From: an uncultured cyanobacterium | Lineage (GTDB): Bacteria; Cyanobacteriota; Cyanobacteriia; CAKZMO01 | Assembly: GCA_963719515.1 (NCBI GenBank) | Contig: CAVRCJ010000003.1 | Coordinates: 608,001-672,000, forward strand | DNA: 64,000 nucleotides | Direction of reading: 5' to 3' | Shown here: in pieces, positions 1 through 9,839 of the stretch | Layout: every line of letters starts with the position of its first letter | How positions within the stretch are numbered: the stretch's first letter is position 1 | Notes under the pieces: generated by a model | Database searches by the model: none | What the model saw: only the letters and a program-made list of their open reading frames with translations | Told to the model about the DNA's origin: nothing | Translations under genes and position numbers: made by a program

Positions 1-1
1 C

Positions 2-652
2 TCACAGATGAATCTGCCCCAGAATAATTCTCAGGCGATCGTAGTCGTCTTTAAGCAGCAGGCTGAGAGTGCGCCCCGCTTTTACCAGCCAAGGGCGATC
101 GCCCTTGCGCAGCTGATACACCTCTCGAATGGTGGCGGCGACCAGGCTGTCTACCGGGGCGCCGGCCACCTGCAGTAAAGTGCGTAGGAAGTCTAGAGCC
201 TCTGTAAAGGCAATGACGTCTTCAGGGTCGCACTGATAGACGGGCTGATGGACCTGAGGCGGCCGGGGCGGCAGATATTGGTAGTACGTCTGCCTGTCCG
301 TTTCTAGCTCGCGGCGAAACCCTACAATGGCCGCCTGAAAATCGGTTTTGAGCATCGCAAAAATCTGAGGCTGCTGCTCCCGCAGCTCATCTAGAGACAG
401 ACCCAGGGCCTGAGTGCGATGGATGGCGTCTACAGAGCTGGTGGTGGCGTGATACACCACGCCGTAGACCCAGTTGCCAGAGGCCTCATCCACCGCCTTA
501 ACCCAGCTGCCAAAGGGCGGCATTGTCGCGTAGCTTAAATCCTGTGGCTGCAGGCACTGCGCCAAGAACTGGGTCGTTGAGGTCTCGATGACTTCCGCAA
601 TATGGTCGGGACTGCGGCTGCTAGAGTCAAAAAGTGGGAGGGGAAGTCGCAT
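2..652 (-). CDS. HAS-barrel domain protein (HerA/NurA-associated type)
   Basis: 216-aa ORF; IAEVIETSTTQF, PPFGSWV and YLPPRPPQVH motifs typical of this cyanobacterial family. Confidence 0.7.
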   Translation of the reverse strand: MRLPLPLFDSSSRSPDHIAEVIETSTTQFLAQCLQPQDLSYATMPPFGSWVKAVDEASGNWVYGVVYHATTSSVDAIHRTQALGLSLDELREQQPQIFAMLKTDFQAAIVGFRRELETDRQTYYQYLPPRPPQVHQPVYQCDPEDVIAFTEALDFLRTLLQVAGAPVDSLVAATIREVYQLRKGDRPWLVKAGRTLSLLLKDDYDRLRIILGQIHL

Positions 653-788
653 AGCGAGCGTTCAGTAGGGCAGGATAGGGGATCCGCGCAGGGGCCACTT
701 CAAAGTATAGGCTTCCGTCCATTAGCCTGCACAACATGCGGCACAATGAGAATACTTGCTACGCCAATGCTGCTTAAAGGCTAGGACC

Positions 789-2190
789 ATGTCGATTAAT
801 TTTGCGGACGCTCAAAATTTTTTGAGCGACCAAATTGCTCGTTACCGTCACCGGGTGGATTATCTGGCTATTCGAGTGGAAACCTCCGAGAGCGCTGCGA
901 TTGTGCTGCGCGGGCGGCGGGTCGAGACCCTCAATGAAGGTGTCTCCGTAGGTGGGCAAGTGCGGGCCTGCTATCGAGGCGGCTGGGGGTTTGCCAGCTT
1001 CAACCGTCTGAGTGACCTCATCCACCACGTTGAGGCGGCGATCGCCTCCGCTCGCGCTGTTGGCGACGACGAAACGCTCCTAGCGCCTATCGAGCCCGTT
1101 CAAATGGTCTGCGCCCTGCCCCTAACCGGCAGCAGTCCCCGACACATCTCCTTAGCCCGCAAGAAGGCGCTGTGCGACCATTACTGCGACCTGCTCTACA
1201 GCGTTGACAGCCGCATTGCGGCCACCTCAATTTACTACACCGACCAGTCCCAGCGGGTGCTGCTAGCGACCTCAGATGGTACCCTGCTGGAACAGTCCTG
1301 GAACGACATGGAAATGCGCTTTGCGGCGACGGCTCGCTCCGGAGAAACGGTGCAGACGGGACGAGAGACTACCGGCTCTAGACGCGCCTACGAAGATCTA
1401 GAGCAGCTTGACTCTCAAGTGGCGGCGGCGGCCCGGCGTGCCGTTGAGGCGCTGTCGCTCTCCCCTATCAAAGGCGATGTCTATACCGTGGTCATCGATC
1501 CCTATCTTGACAGGGCTATTTGTGCATGAGGCGTTTGGTCACCTCTCAGAGGCCGATATGACCTACGAAAGCCCGGATCTTCTAGAAGTCATGTCTTTGG
1601 GGCGTCGCTTTGGTCCCGACATTCTCCAAGTGTTTGACGGCGCTGCCCTGGGCGGTCATCGGGGTAGCTACTACTACGATGACGAGGGTGTGCCAGCCAC
1701 CACTACCCAGCTTATTCGTGACGGTCAGCTGGCGGGGCGGCTCCACTCTCGCGAAACGGCCGGCCGGCTGGGCGAACCTCCCACCGGCAACGCCCGCTGC
1801 CTCAGCCACCATTACCCCCCCATCGTTCGCATGACGAATACCTGGATTGAGCGAGGGCAAACTCCGGTTCAAGACCTAATTAGCGGCATTTCCCAAGGGG
1901 TCTACGCCCGCAACTGGCTGGGGGGCATGACCAACGGCGAGCTATTCACCTTCACCGCCGGAGAGGCTCAGATGATCCGCAACGGCGAGCTAGCTGAGCC
2001 GGTGCGGGACGTGACGCTCTCTGGCAACGTGTTTAGCACCTTGGCCGATATCGAAGCCGTCGGCGATGATTTTCAGTGGGACGAATCTGGAGGCTGCGGC
2101 AAAGAAGATCAAAGTGGCCTACCCGTGGGCTGTGGGGGCCCCAGTCTGCGGATTCGTAACGTCGTGGTGGGCGGCGACGCCGGAAAATAG
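789..2190 (+). pseudogene. tldD: TldD/PmbA metalloprotease split by a +1 frameshift near 1500 (pseudogene or sequencing error)
   Basis: N-half (ORF to 1529) and C-half (to 2190; HEAFGHLSEAD, RMTNT, GGCGK..Q.GLPV) join if one C is removed from gatccctatc, giving VVIDPILTGLFVHEAFGH. Confidence 0.85.
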
Positions 2191-2730
2191 GGCGGTTTCG
2201 ACGGTGGCGATCGCCCTGTCTAAGTCGTCATTGACCACCTGCAGATCGAATTCCGCCGCCGATGATATCTCTGTCTTGGCCCGCGCTAGCCGTCGGGCGA
2301 TCGCCTCTTCCGAATCGTGCCCCCGCTCCCGCAGGCGGCGCTCTAGCTCATCTAGGGAGGGCGGCAAAATAAAGATCATGAAGGCATTGGGAAACAAACG
2401 CCGCACCTGCCGCGCTCCCACCAGCTCAATCTCCAGCACCACTGAATGTCCTTCAACAATCTGCCCTTCGACGCCTGAGCGCGGGGTGCCATAGTAATTG
2501 CCTGCAAACTCAGCCCACTCCAGCAGCTCGTTTTGGGCCTGCATCTGCTCAAACCGAGGTCGATCGAGAAAGAAGTAGTTTTCACCCTCTACTTCACCGG
2601 GTCGGGGCGATCGCGTCGTTGCCGATACTGAAAGCTTTAGATCAAGATGTCGCTGCAGCAGCCGATTGAGCAGCGTGCCCTTGCCCACGCCGCTTGGCCC
2701 GGTCAACACAATCAATCGTCCGTTACTCAT
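2119..2730 (-). CDS. gmk: Guanylate kinase
   Basis: [10 protein letters not shown]-loop, [17 protein letters not shown] motifs; 3' end overlaps the convergent tldD end by 72 nt. Confidence 0.97.
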   Translation of the reverse strand: MSNGRLIVLTGPSGVGKGTLLNRLLQRHLDLKLSVSATTRSPRPGEVEGENYFFLDRPRFEQMQAQNELLEWAEFAGNYYGTPRSGVEGQIVEGHSVVLEIELVGARQVRRLFPNAFMIFILPPSLDELERRLRERGHDSEEAIARRLARAKTEISSAAEFDLQVVNDDLDRAIATVETALFSGVAAHHDVTNPQTGAPTAHG

Positions 2731-2785
2731 GTGCTACGTTCCCAACCCGATACCTACCTATTAGAGCGTACAATCTGGCAGTCCG

Positions 2786-3234
2786 GTGACATACTCCCGA
2801 CGCTCATCTTTTAGATAGAGCGCGGGCTTCTTGGCTCACGCACCACAATTTAATGGATGCCGCGCAAGAAGGTTTCCTGCTTCATCTGGTCCTGTCTAGT
2901 TACGCAGCAAGCCGTGCAACCCCGATTAGATCCCATCGACAGGCGATTTGTTTAATGTCCAGGCAATGACCAACCCCAGACAGTGACGAGTATTCAATTT
3001 CCAGCTACGTTTTCTACCGTCTGCACTGTTCACCAGCCAAGGGCTGTACGTTTGTGTCAGGATAGCAGGCCGCCGCCATGAAATAGTTTGAGCTTGGTTC
3101 AATTGTACCCTTTGCTCGCCTCGGCGCTGCCCTTAATTGCCGCCTTCGGCATCCAGTCAAGGGCGCACCTCGACTCGCTCGCTTACATCCCGACGCTGAT
3201 GCTGCGCATACAGCGCGGGGCTTTCACGAACTAG
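2786..3234 (-). mobile_element. Non-autonomous IS200/IS605-family mini-element (PATE-like)
   Basis: On the minus strand: TTTAG|ctagttcgtgaaagccccgcgctg...agcgtcgggatg left-end hairpin and aagcccgcgct...agcgtcgggagtatgtcac right end, matching the ends of the tnpB element at 38800-40282; no long ORF. Confidence 0.8.
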
Positions 3235-3262
3235 CTAAACATTGAAGGCCAAACCGCAAAAG

Positions 3263-4426
3263 CTAAGCTGGCGAGAGCGCTGGGGCAGGGCAGCGGTCCA
3301 GCACCTGCTTGATTGTCAGGGCGGTCCAGTCTACGTCGGCCTCGGTGGTGTGCCGTCCTAGGGTCAGCCGGATGCCGCACCTAGCCGCGCGATCGCCGTA
3401 GCCCATAGCCTTGAGGATCGGGCTGGGGGAAAGCTTACCGCTGTGGCAGGCGGACCCGGCGCTGATGCCAATCCCCGCCAGGTTCATTTGGCGCACCAAA
3501 GTCTTGCCGCTGAGGAGGACGCCGTCACCCTGAGTTAAGTAAAAGCTGAGATGGTGGGGCAGACGGTGGACCGGATCGCCGGTCAGCCGGAGCCTGGGTT
3601 CGGATTGGAGCTGTTTCCAGAGGCGATCGCGCAGCTGCCGGAGCCGCTTCTCCTCCTGCTCTAGGGTTTGGTGGGCCAGGGCCGCAGCGACGCCAAATCC
3701 CGCGATCGCCGGGGTGGCTTGGGTTCCTGAGCGACGGCCTCCCTCCTGACCTCCCCCCCCGATTAGAGGCACTAAAATGACCCCGGGCCGGATGTACAGC
3801 GCCCCGGTCCCCTGCGGGCCGTAGATCTTGTGGCTCGACAGAGACAGCATATCCACCGGCAGCTGCTGCACGTCTATGGGCAAGCGACCCGCTACCTGAA
3901 CGGCGTCGGTGTGGAACAGGGCTCCGTGACGGCGGGTAATGTCGCACAGCTCCCGAATAGGCTGTAGAGTGCCCACCTCACTCTGACCGTAAATGATGGA
4001 GACCAGCGCCGTATCGGACCTGAGAGCCACTTTTAAATCTTTTGGGTCAACGCGTCCGTGGGCACTCACCGGCAGCCGCGTCACCTGCCAACCCCGCTGC
4101 TCAAGCAGCCGCACGGGTTCCGCGATCGCCGAATGCTCGACGCTGGAGATGATCAGGTGCCGGGGGGCGGGGTAGCGGTCTGCCGTTCCCCTGATGGCGA
4201 GGGTGTTGGCCTCGGTGCCGCCTGAGGTGAAAGCAATAGCGTCGATGGGGGCATTGATTAGGGCGGCAAGGCTACTGCGGGCTTGCTCGACGTAAGTAGC
4301 CGCGCGAATGCCCCACTGATGCAGACTAGAAGGGTTGCCCCATTGGTCTGTCATGACCTGCTGCATAAGGGCCACGGCGTCGGGGTGGGGCGGGGTGGTA
4401 GCGCTGTAGTCTAAATAGATCTGCAT
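3263..4426 (-). CDS. iscS: Cysteine desulfurase (IscS/NifS family)
   Basis: MQIYLDYSATTP start, SSHKIYGPQG PLP lysine, SAGSACHS catalytic Cys. Confidence 0.9.
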   Translation of the reverse strand: MQIYLDYSATTPPHPDAVALMQQVMTDQWGNPSSLHQWGIRAATYVEQARSSLAALINAPIDAIAFTSGGTEANTLAIRGTADRYPAPRHLIISSVEHSAIAEPVRLLEQRGWQVTRLPVSAHGRVDPKDLKVALRSDTALVSIIYGQSEVGTLQPIRELCDITRRHGALFHTDAVQVAGRLPIDVQQLPVDMLSLSSHKIYGPQGTGALYIRPGVILVPLIGGGGQEGGRRSGTQATPAIAGFGVAAALAHQTLEQEEKRLRQLRDRLWKQLQSEPRLRLTGDPVHRLPHHLSFYLTQGDGVLLSGKTLVRQMNLAGIGISAGSACHSGKLSPSPILKAMGYGDRAARCGIRLTLGRHTTEADVDWTALTIKQVLDRCPAPALSPA

Positions 4427-4574
4427 AGTTAGCTTGAGGTCTGGCAGTTTTGCCGCAGCACGGTATTGGAGCGCTGGTTTCGGGATGCCGATTGCGGAGC
4501 GCTGATTGCGGAGTGATGATTGCGAGACAACAGCGCCTACCATTAATCTTGACATCAAACGCAGAGACCTGCGT

Positions 4575-5648
4575 TTACCGAGGCAGCTGAAACACATCCA
4601 TCAAAATTGCGTTCGCCGCCGTTCGCCTCACCGCGTTGGGAGAGTCGTAGACAATCATGAGCGCCTCCGGCTGTCCCAAGCAGGGCATCAGCGCCAGCCC
4701 TTCGGCGTGATCAGAGCCAATCGTGAACGGCAGGTCGAAGATCACCTCGATATCGGCGGGCTGGTCTAGCACAGAATCTTGCGATCGCTCAAACATCCCA
4801 GGAATCCGAAACAGGCGCATCTCTCCCTCTAAGGCCATGGTGGGACCGCCCAGCACAATCAGGTCGTCTCCCTGTAGGCACAGCTCTCGAATGCCCAGTC
4901 CGTTGAGATTGAGGAAATGTTTGCGGTACAAGCGTCCGTCGTCGTCGGGCTTGAGGGTTAGTACCCCAGGTTCTAGCTCTTCCACCGCAATATCGATGAC
5001 GATGGCCCAGCCCCGCAGCACCGGACCCCGTAGCCCTAGCAGTAGACGGTCACCTTGTGCTGCTAGCCCCTCAATGTCCAGCCCGTTGTCCTTGCTGGGT
5101 AAGCGGCTCGCCACGATCTGGCCAATGTGAGAGTCCTCCTTGAGGGCTTCGGTAAGACAGTTCCCGTCTCCAATAGCCTGAAGCCGGGCGGCGTGGATGA
5201 CTTGGTCTACCTGCTTGGGGTCAGAGCAGGTGCGGTGCAAAGAGCCCCCTAGCAGTGGGATGCGACCCAACAGATAGCGGTTTTCGTCTCGCTTAAGCTG
5301 AGACAGACGCTCGATGTCATCTTGAACGTCTTTCCCTTTGACTTTGCTGCGCTTGTAGCTGTGGGAGCCCGTGAACCAGAGATAAGGACTTCCATAGGCT
5401 AGCCCCTCTATATCCACCTCGTCATTAGGATCGTAAAGATCAATCAAATCAGCTAGAGCAAACGACTTATGCTCCCCGTACACCATGTTCCCCAAGGGAG
5501 ACAGACGCTCGATGCTGATATACTCATCCGAGCTGACCCACAGATTACCCTCGGGGGTCAGCGCTGCCGCAGAGAGCTCTTGAATCAAGTCGTCATCATC
5601 ACTGTCGAACTGGAGAAGCGCACGGCTGAGAAGAAAAGGATTGTCCAT
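4575..5648 (-). CDS. DUF3616-family protein
   Basis: EVDIEGLA, TGSHS, DNGLDIEGLA, LGLRGP, DHAEG motifs. Confidence 0.7.
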   Translation of the reverse strand: MDNPFLLSRALLQFDSDDDDLIQELSAAALTPEGNLWVSSDEYISIERLSPLGNMVYGEHKSFALADLIDLYDPNDEVDIEGLAYGSPYLWFTGSHSYKRSKVKGKDVQDDIERLSQLKRDENRYLLGRIPLLGGSLHRTCSDPKQVDQVIHAARLQAIGDGNCLTEALKEDSHIGQIVASRLPSKDNGLDIEGLAAQGDRLLLGLRGPVLRGWAIVIDIAVEELEPGVLTLKPDDDGRLYRKHFLNLNGLGIRELCLQGDDLIVLGGPTMALEGEMRLFRIPGMFERSQDSVLDQPADIEVIFDLPFTIGSDHAEGLALMPCLGQPEALMIVYDSPNAVRRTAANAILMDVFQLPR

Positions 5649-5820
5649 GGATCGCAAGACGATAGAGGAATCAACAGAGGTCAAACTAGCCTGATACTGT
5701 CCCAGACAGTATTTATATTGACCTCTAAGTTAACCTTTTCTTAACTTTCCTTAAATTTGATTAGGATGCCAGAGTTCAAAAAAGAGGGCTACCCTAGCTC
5801 GACCTTGGCTGAGACAAAAC

Positions 5821-6099
5821 TCAAAACTGCTCATCCAACGCAATCGTGCGAATGCGGGCGATATCTGAATCGACGTAGCTGCTGTTCATCTGTCGCTGTA
5901 GAGCGTACCGCTGCTCCACATCGTTCATGTAGTTGTAGGAGTGGCTCGCTAGCATATACACGGCCACAAGACCTGCTGCCGCACTCGACACCAAAAAACC
6001 TGCCAGCATTAAAGAAAACTCCTGATGATCGATGGCTTCCTGCATCAAATGCAGCGCCCATGCCACCAAGGCAATGACAACTATGAGAATTAAAAACAT
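5821..6099 (-). CDS. Small two-TM hypothetical membrane protein
   Basis: 92 aa with two hydrophobic segments and an EFSLMLAG motif. Confidence 0.6.
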   Translation of the reverse strand: MFLILIVVIALVAWALHLMQEAIDHQEFSLMLAGFLVSSAAAGLVAVYMLASHSYNYMNDVEQRYALQRQMNSSYVDSDIARIRTIALDEQF

Positions 6100-6321
6100 T
6101 TCTTAAATGCTACGTAATCATTCGTAACATTCACAGCTTAACATTTATCTCGAGAACGTGGGGCTATTGTGTTGGACTGCTTAACGGTTTGTATCTAGGG
6201 GATATTCGTGATGGGACAGCTCGCAAACCCGCTATAGCTGGAGCGTAGCCTGTTGTTCCCAGTACAGCCGAATGAGAAATGCAGTAATGTGAATCCAAGT
6301 ATGCTCGTAACGGCTGTAAAC

Positions 6322-7083
6322 CTAGCGGCGAACGCTGACCTGATGCTCCTGTAAATGGTCCTTGATTTGGGCCACCGTCAATGTCCCGTAGTGAAGAAGA
6401 GAGGCCAGCAGCGCCGCCTCTGCCCGTCCGTCGGTCAACGCCTCGCGAATGTGATCGCAATTGCCCGCCCCCCCCGATGCAATTACCGGAACCCCAACCC
6501 GCTCGGCGATCGCCTGCGTTAAGGCGATATCGTAGCCGGCCTGGGTGCCGTCGGCGTCCATGCTGGTGACTAGAAGCTCCCCGGCCCCCCGCTCCACAAC
6601 CTGGCTGGCCCAGTCTAGCGCGTCTATGCCGGTGTTTTCCCGCCCGCCCCGCACGTAGACCTCCCACCCGTCACCGGATGCCCGCCGCCTTGCGTCGATG
6701 GCGACCACAATGCACTGGGCTCCGAATCGGCTGCTGGCCTCATTGATAAAGTCTGGATTGCGCACCGCCGCCGAGTTGATGCTCACCTTATCGGCTCCGG
6801 CCCGCAGCAGGGTTTTGATCGTCTCCACCGACTGAATGCCTCCCCCCACCGTCAAGGGAATGAACACCCGCTCCGCCGTACGGTAGACCACGTCGACAAT
6901 AATGCTCCGGTTTTCGTGGGTAGCCGTGATATCGAGAAACACCAGCTCATCGGCCCCAGCATCGTTGTAGACCTGCGCTAGCTCTACGGGGTCACCTGCG
7001 TCCTTAAGGCCGACAAAGTTGACGCCTTTGACGACGCGGCCGGCTTTGACATCCAGACAGGGGACGATTCGCTTAGCGAGCAT
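6322..7083 (-). CDS. hisF: Imidazole glycerol phosphate synthase subunit HisF
   Basis: [32 protein letters not shown]. Confidence 0.97.
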   Translation of the reverse strand: MLAKRIVPCLDVKAGRVVKGVNFVGLKDAGDPVELAQVYNDAGADELVFLDITATHENRSIIVDVVYRTAERVFIPLTVGGGIQSVETIKTLLRAGADKVSINSAAVRNPDFINEASSRFGAQCIVVAIDARRRASGDGWEVYVRGGRENTGIDALDWASQVVERGAGELLVTSMDADGTQAGYDIALTQAIAERVGVPVIASGGAGNCDHIREALTDGRAEAALLASLLHYGTLTVAQIKDHLQEHQVSVRR

Positions 7084-7249
7084 AAAACCTTTTGGGGAAA
7101 GAGTTGGGCTATTCGCGCCCCGCAGGGAGGCGGGTGACTTGAGAGAGGCAACAAAATGCAGAAATTCGATTCTACAGGATCTTAATCAATCGCAAGACAC
7201 TGTTAAACTGTGAAATGGTTTTATCACTAACATTGTGCATGGAGTTGTG

Positions 7250-7444
7250 ATGGAGATTGGTCAGCGGGTACGGGTTTTTCGGCTGCGGGATCGGGTGTCG
7301 AGAGACGTGGTTGGTCGTCTCGGAAAAACCGGGACAATTCAGGATTTTAAGATGCTGGACGGCAGCAGCGTCGGCGCTGTCGTTACCTTTGAAGAGGACA
7401 GCTTTACCACCTGGTTTTTTGAGGACGAGCTGCAGGCCATTTAA
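7250..7444 (+). CDS. petP: Cytochrome b6f-associated subunit PetP (DUF2862)
   Basis: MEIGQRVRV.RLRDRV...DFKMLDG..VG..V.F...TWFFEDEL. Confidence 0.85.
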   Translation: MEIGQRVRVFRLRDRVSRDVVGRLGKTGTIQDFKMLDGSSVGAVVTFEEDSFTTWFFEDELQAI

Positions 7445-7474
7445 GCCGCTCGTTTACTGAAAGTAAAATTTCCC

Positions 7475-7510
7475 AGGGCTCAAGCCGATTTAAGCTGGCT
7501 TGAGCCTTCT
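7475..7510 (+). terminator. Stem-loop after petP
   Basis: agggctcaagcc / ggcttgagcctt inverted repeat; short U tract. Confidence 0.5.
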
Positions 7511-7583
7511 CCCACTCAAGCGCTGAGGCTATCCCATAGAGCCGCAACGCCGTACCGAAACGCTAAGCAGAATCTACACCACC

Positions 7584-8696
7584 ATGGCACTCATCCTCAC
7601 ATTTTTGGGCAAAGGCGGTACGGGCCGTACCACCGCCGCGATCGCCGCCGCGAAGCGATTTGCGGCGGAGGGCAAACGTGTTTTGCTCGCCAGCCAAGAC
7701 CCCGGCCCGGCCTTTGAAATGATTCTAGGAGCCGAATGCGGCACCGCACCCACCTCAATTGGGGCGAACCTAGACGCCGTGCAGCTGCAGGCGGCTGTGC
7801 TGCTCGAAGAAAGCTGGGAGGAGGTAAAGCGACAGGAGGCCCGCTACCTGCGATCGCCGTTTCTCAAGTCGGTGTATGGCCAAGAATTAGGGGTGCTGCC
7901 GGGAATGGATTCGGCCTTGGCCCTCAACGCCTTGAGGGAATACGAAGCGGGCAGCTATGACGTAATTGTCTACGACGGCCCCGGTGACCAGACAACGCTG
8001 CGCATGCTGGGGATGCCCGAGATTTTGAGCTGGTATCTGCGGCGCTTCCGCTCGGTATTTTTAGAGTCTGACGTGGTCAAAACTCTATCGCCGTTTTTGC
8101 AGCCCATGGCCGGGGCGGTGCTCAACGTTGACTGGTCGGGAGGCAACGCGTTCAATCAGCCGACCCAGCAGGTGAACGGCATGCTAGACGATGGCCGCAG
8201 CGCCGTAGCCGACCCGCGCCGGGTGGTGGCCTACCTGGTGACCACTGACCAGCCGGATGCGATCGCCACCGCCACCTATCTATGGGGCAGCGCCCAGCAA
8301 ATTGGCCTTACGGTAGGAGGCGTCATTTTGAATCAGGGGGGAATGTCCGATGCGGTCAAGACTGACGCGGTCAAGACCAGCTTTGCTCCCCTAGAGATCG
8401 CCGTGCTGCCCGCGCGCAGCGACAGCTGGCAGCCGCTGATGGAAGCGCTGCCGGATGCGGCCCAGGCGGCAAATGCGCCCCGTTCTGTCTCTGTCGATCT
8501 GGCCGCCAAACAGGTGTCTCTGTTTCTCCCCGGCTTCAGCAAAAAGCAGGTGAAGCTCACCCAATATGGCCCCGAGGTCACCATAGAGGCAGGAGATCAG
8601 CGCCGCAACATCGCGCTTCCCCCCGAACTGCGGGGGCGGGCGGTGTCGGGGGCCAAGTTTGCCGATGGCTATCTGATCATTTCATTTGCGTCGTAG
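7584..8696 (+). CDS. ArsA/Get3-like ATPase with C-terminal alpha-crystallin-like domain
   Basis: FLGKGGTGRTT, ELGVLPGMD, C-terminal FLPGFSKKQVKLTQYGPE. Confidence 0.85.
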   Translation: MALILTFLGKGGTGRTTAAIAAAKRFAAEGKRVLLASQDPGPAFEMILGAECGTAPTSIGANLDAVQLQAAVLLEESWEEVKRQEARYLRSPFLKSVYGQELGVLPGMDSALALNALREYEAGSYDVIVYDGPGDQTTLRMLGMPEILSWYLRRFRSVFLESDVVKTLSPFLQPMAGAVLNVDWSGGNAFNQPTQQVNGMLDDGRSAVADPRRVVAYLVTTDQPDAIATATYLWGSAQQIGLTVGGVILNQGGMSDAVKTDAVKTSFAPLEIAVLPARSDSWQPLMEALPDAAQAANAPRSVSVDLAAKQVSLFLPGFSKKQVKLTQYGPEVTIEAGDQRRNIALPPELRGRAVSGAKFADGYLIISFAS

Positions 8697-8823
8697 CTTA
8701 ATGCTGTAAGACTTCGATGCTCCGGTCTACGGTAGCGCTAGCGCAGTCTTAGCGCTACGGTTTAAACGCTGATGTCTTTCCGGCCTAGCCCTCTGGCTCT
8801 TTAGTCAAACTTTGTGAGTCCCT

Positions 8824-9828
8824 ATGACTAATTCACCGTCCCCGGTCCCCAAGGAAGAAGCGCTCCCCACTCCCGATAATCGCGGCGGTAAGGCACGTCA
8901 GCTTCTAGGGATGAAGGGTGCTCAAGCGGGTGAAACTTCTACCTGGAAGCTGCGCCTGCAGCTGATGAAGCCCATTACCTGGATTCCACTGATCTGGGGC
9001 GTTTTGTGCGGGGCGGCCTCTTCCGGTCAGTACCGGTGGACCTTGGAGAACGTACTGGTTGCCGCCGCCTGTATGCTGATGTCGGGGCCGCTGATGACGG
9101 GCTACACCCAAACCCTTAACGATTTTTACGATCGCGAGATCGACGCCATTAACGAGCCTTACCGACCCATCCCGTCAGGGGCGATCTCCGTCCCCCAGGC
9201 CGTCACCCAAATTCTGGTGCTGCTGGGTCTAGGCATTGGCGTTTCTGTACTGCTAGATCTGTGGGCGGGTCATCGCTTTCCCATCATGCTGATCTTGACG
9301 TTGGGGGGGGCTTTCTTGGCCTACATCTATTCCGCGCCGCCCCTCAAGCTGAAGCAAAATGGTTGGGCGGGCAACTATGCTTTGGGCGCTAGCTACATCG
9401 CTTTACCTTGGTGGGCAGGCCATGCCCTGTTTGGCACGCTGACGCCCACTGTTATGGTGCTGACGCTGTTCTATAGTTTGGCGGGGTTGGGGATTGCCGT
9501 GGTGAACGACTTCAAGAGCGTCGAGGGCGATCGCCAGCTGGGCCTCAAGTCCCTACCGGTGATGTTTGGCGTCAAAACCGCGGCTTGGATCGGCGTTTTG
9601 ACCATCGATATTTTTCAGGCGGGGATTGCGGTTTACCTGATGAGCATCGGTCAGCCGCTGCTGGCGACGGTGCTGGTGCTGCTAATTGTGCCCCAAATTC
9701 TGTTTCAAGACATGTACTTTTTGCGTAATCCCCTGGAGAATGACGTCAAATACCAGGCCAGCGCTCAGCCCTTCTTAGTGTTTGGTATGCTGGCAACTGG
9801 GATTGCATTGGGGCACGCCGTTCTCTAG
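8824..9828 (+). CDS. chlG: Chlorophyll synthase
   Basis: RQLLGMKGA, LMKPITWIPLIWG, NDFYDREIDAINEPYRPIPSG. Confidence 0.97.
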   Translation: MTNSPSPVPKEEALPTPDNRGGKARQLLGMKGAQAGETSTWKLRLQLMKPITWIPLIWGVLCGAASSGQYRWTLENVLVAAACMLMSGPLMTGYTQTLNDFYDREIDAINEPYRPIPSGAISVPQAVTQILVLLGLGIGVSVLLDLWAGHRFPIMLILTLGGAFLAYIYSAPPLKLKQNGWAGNYALGASYIALPWWAGHALFGTLTPTVMVLTLFYSLAGLGIAVVNDFKSVEGDRQLGLKSLPVMFGVKTAAWIGVLTIDIFQAGIAVYLMSIGQPLLATVLVLLIVPQILFQDMYFLRNPLENDVKYQASAQPFLVFGMLATGIALGHAVL

Positions 9829-9839
9829 GACCATATTCC

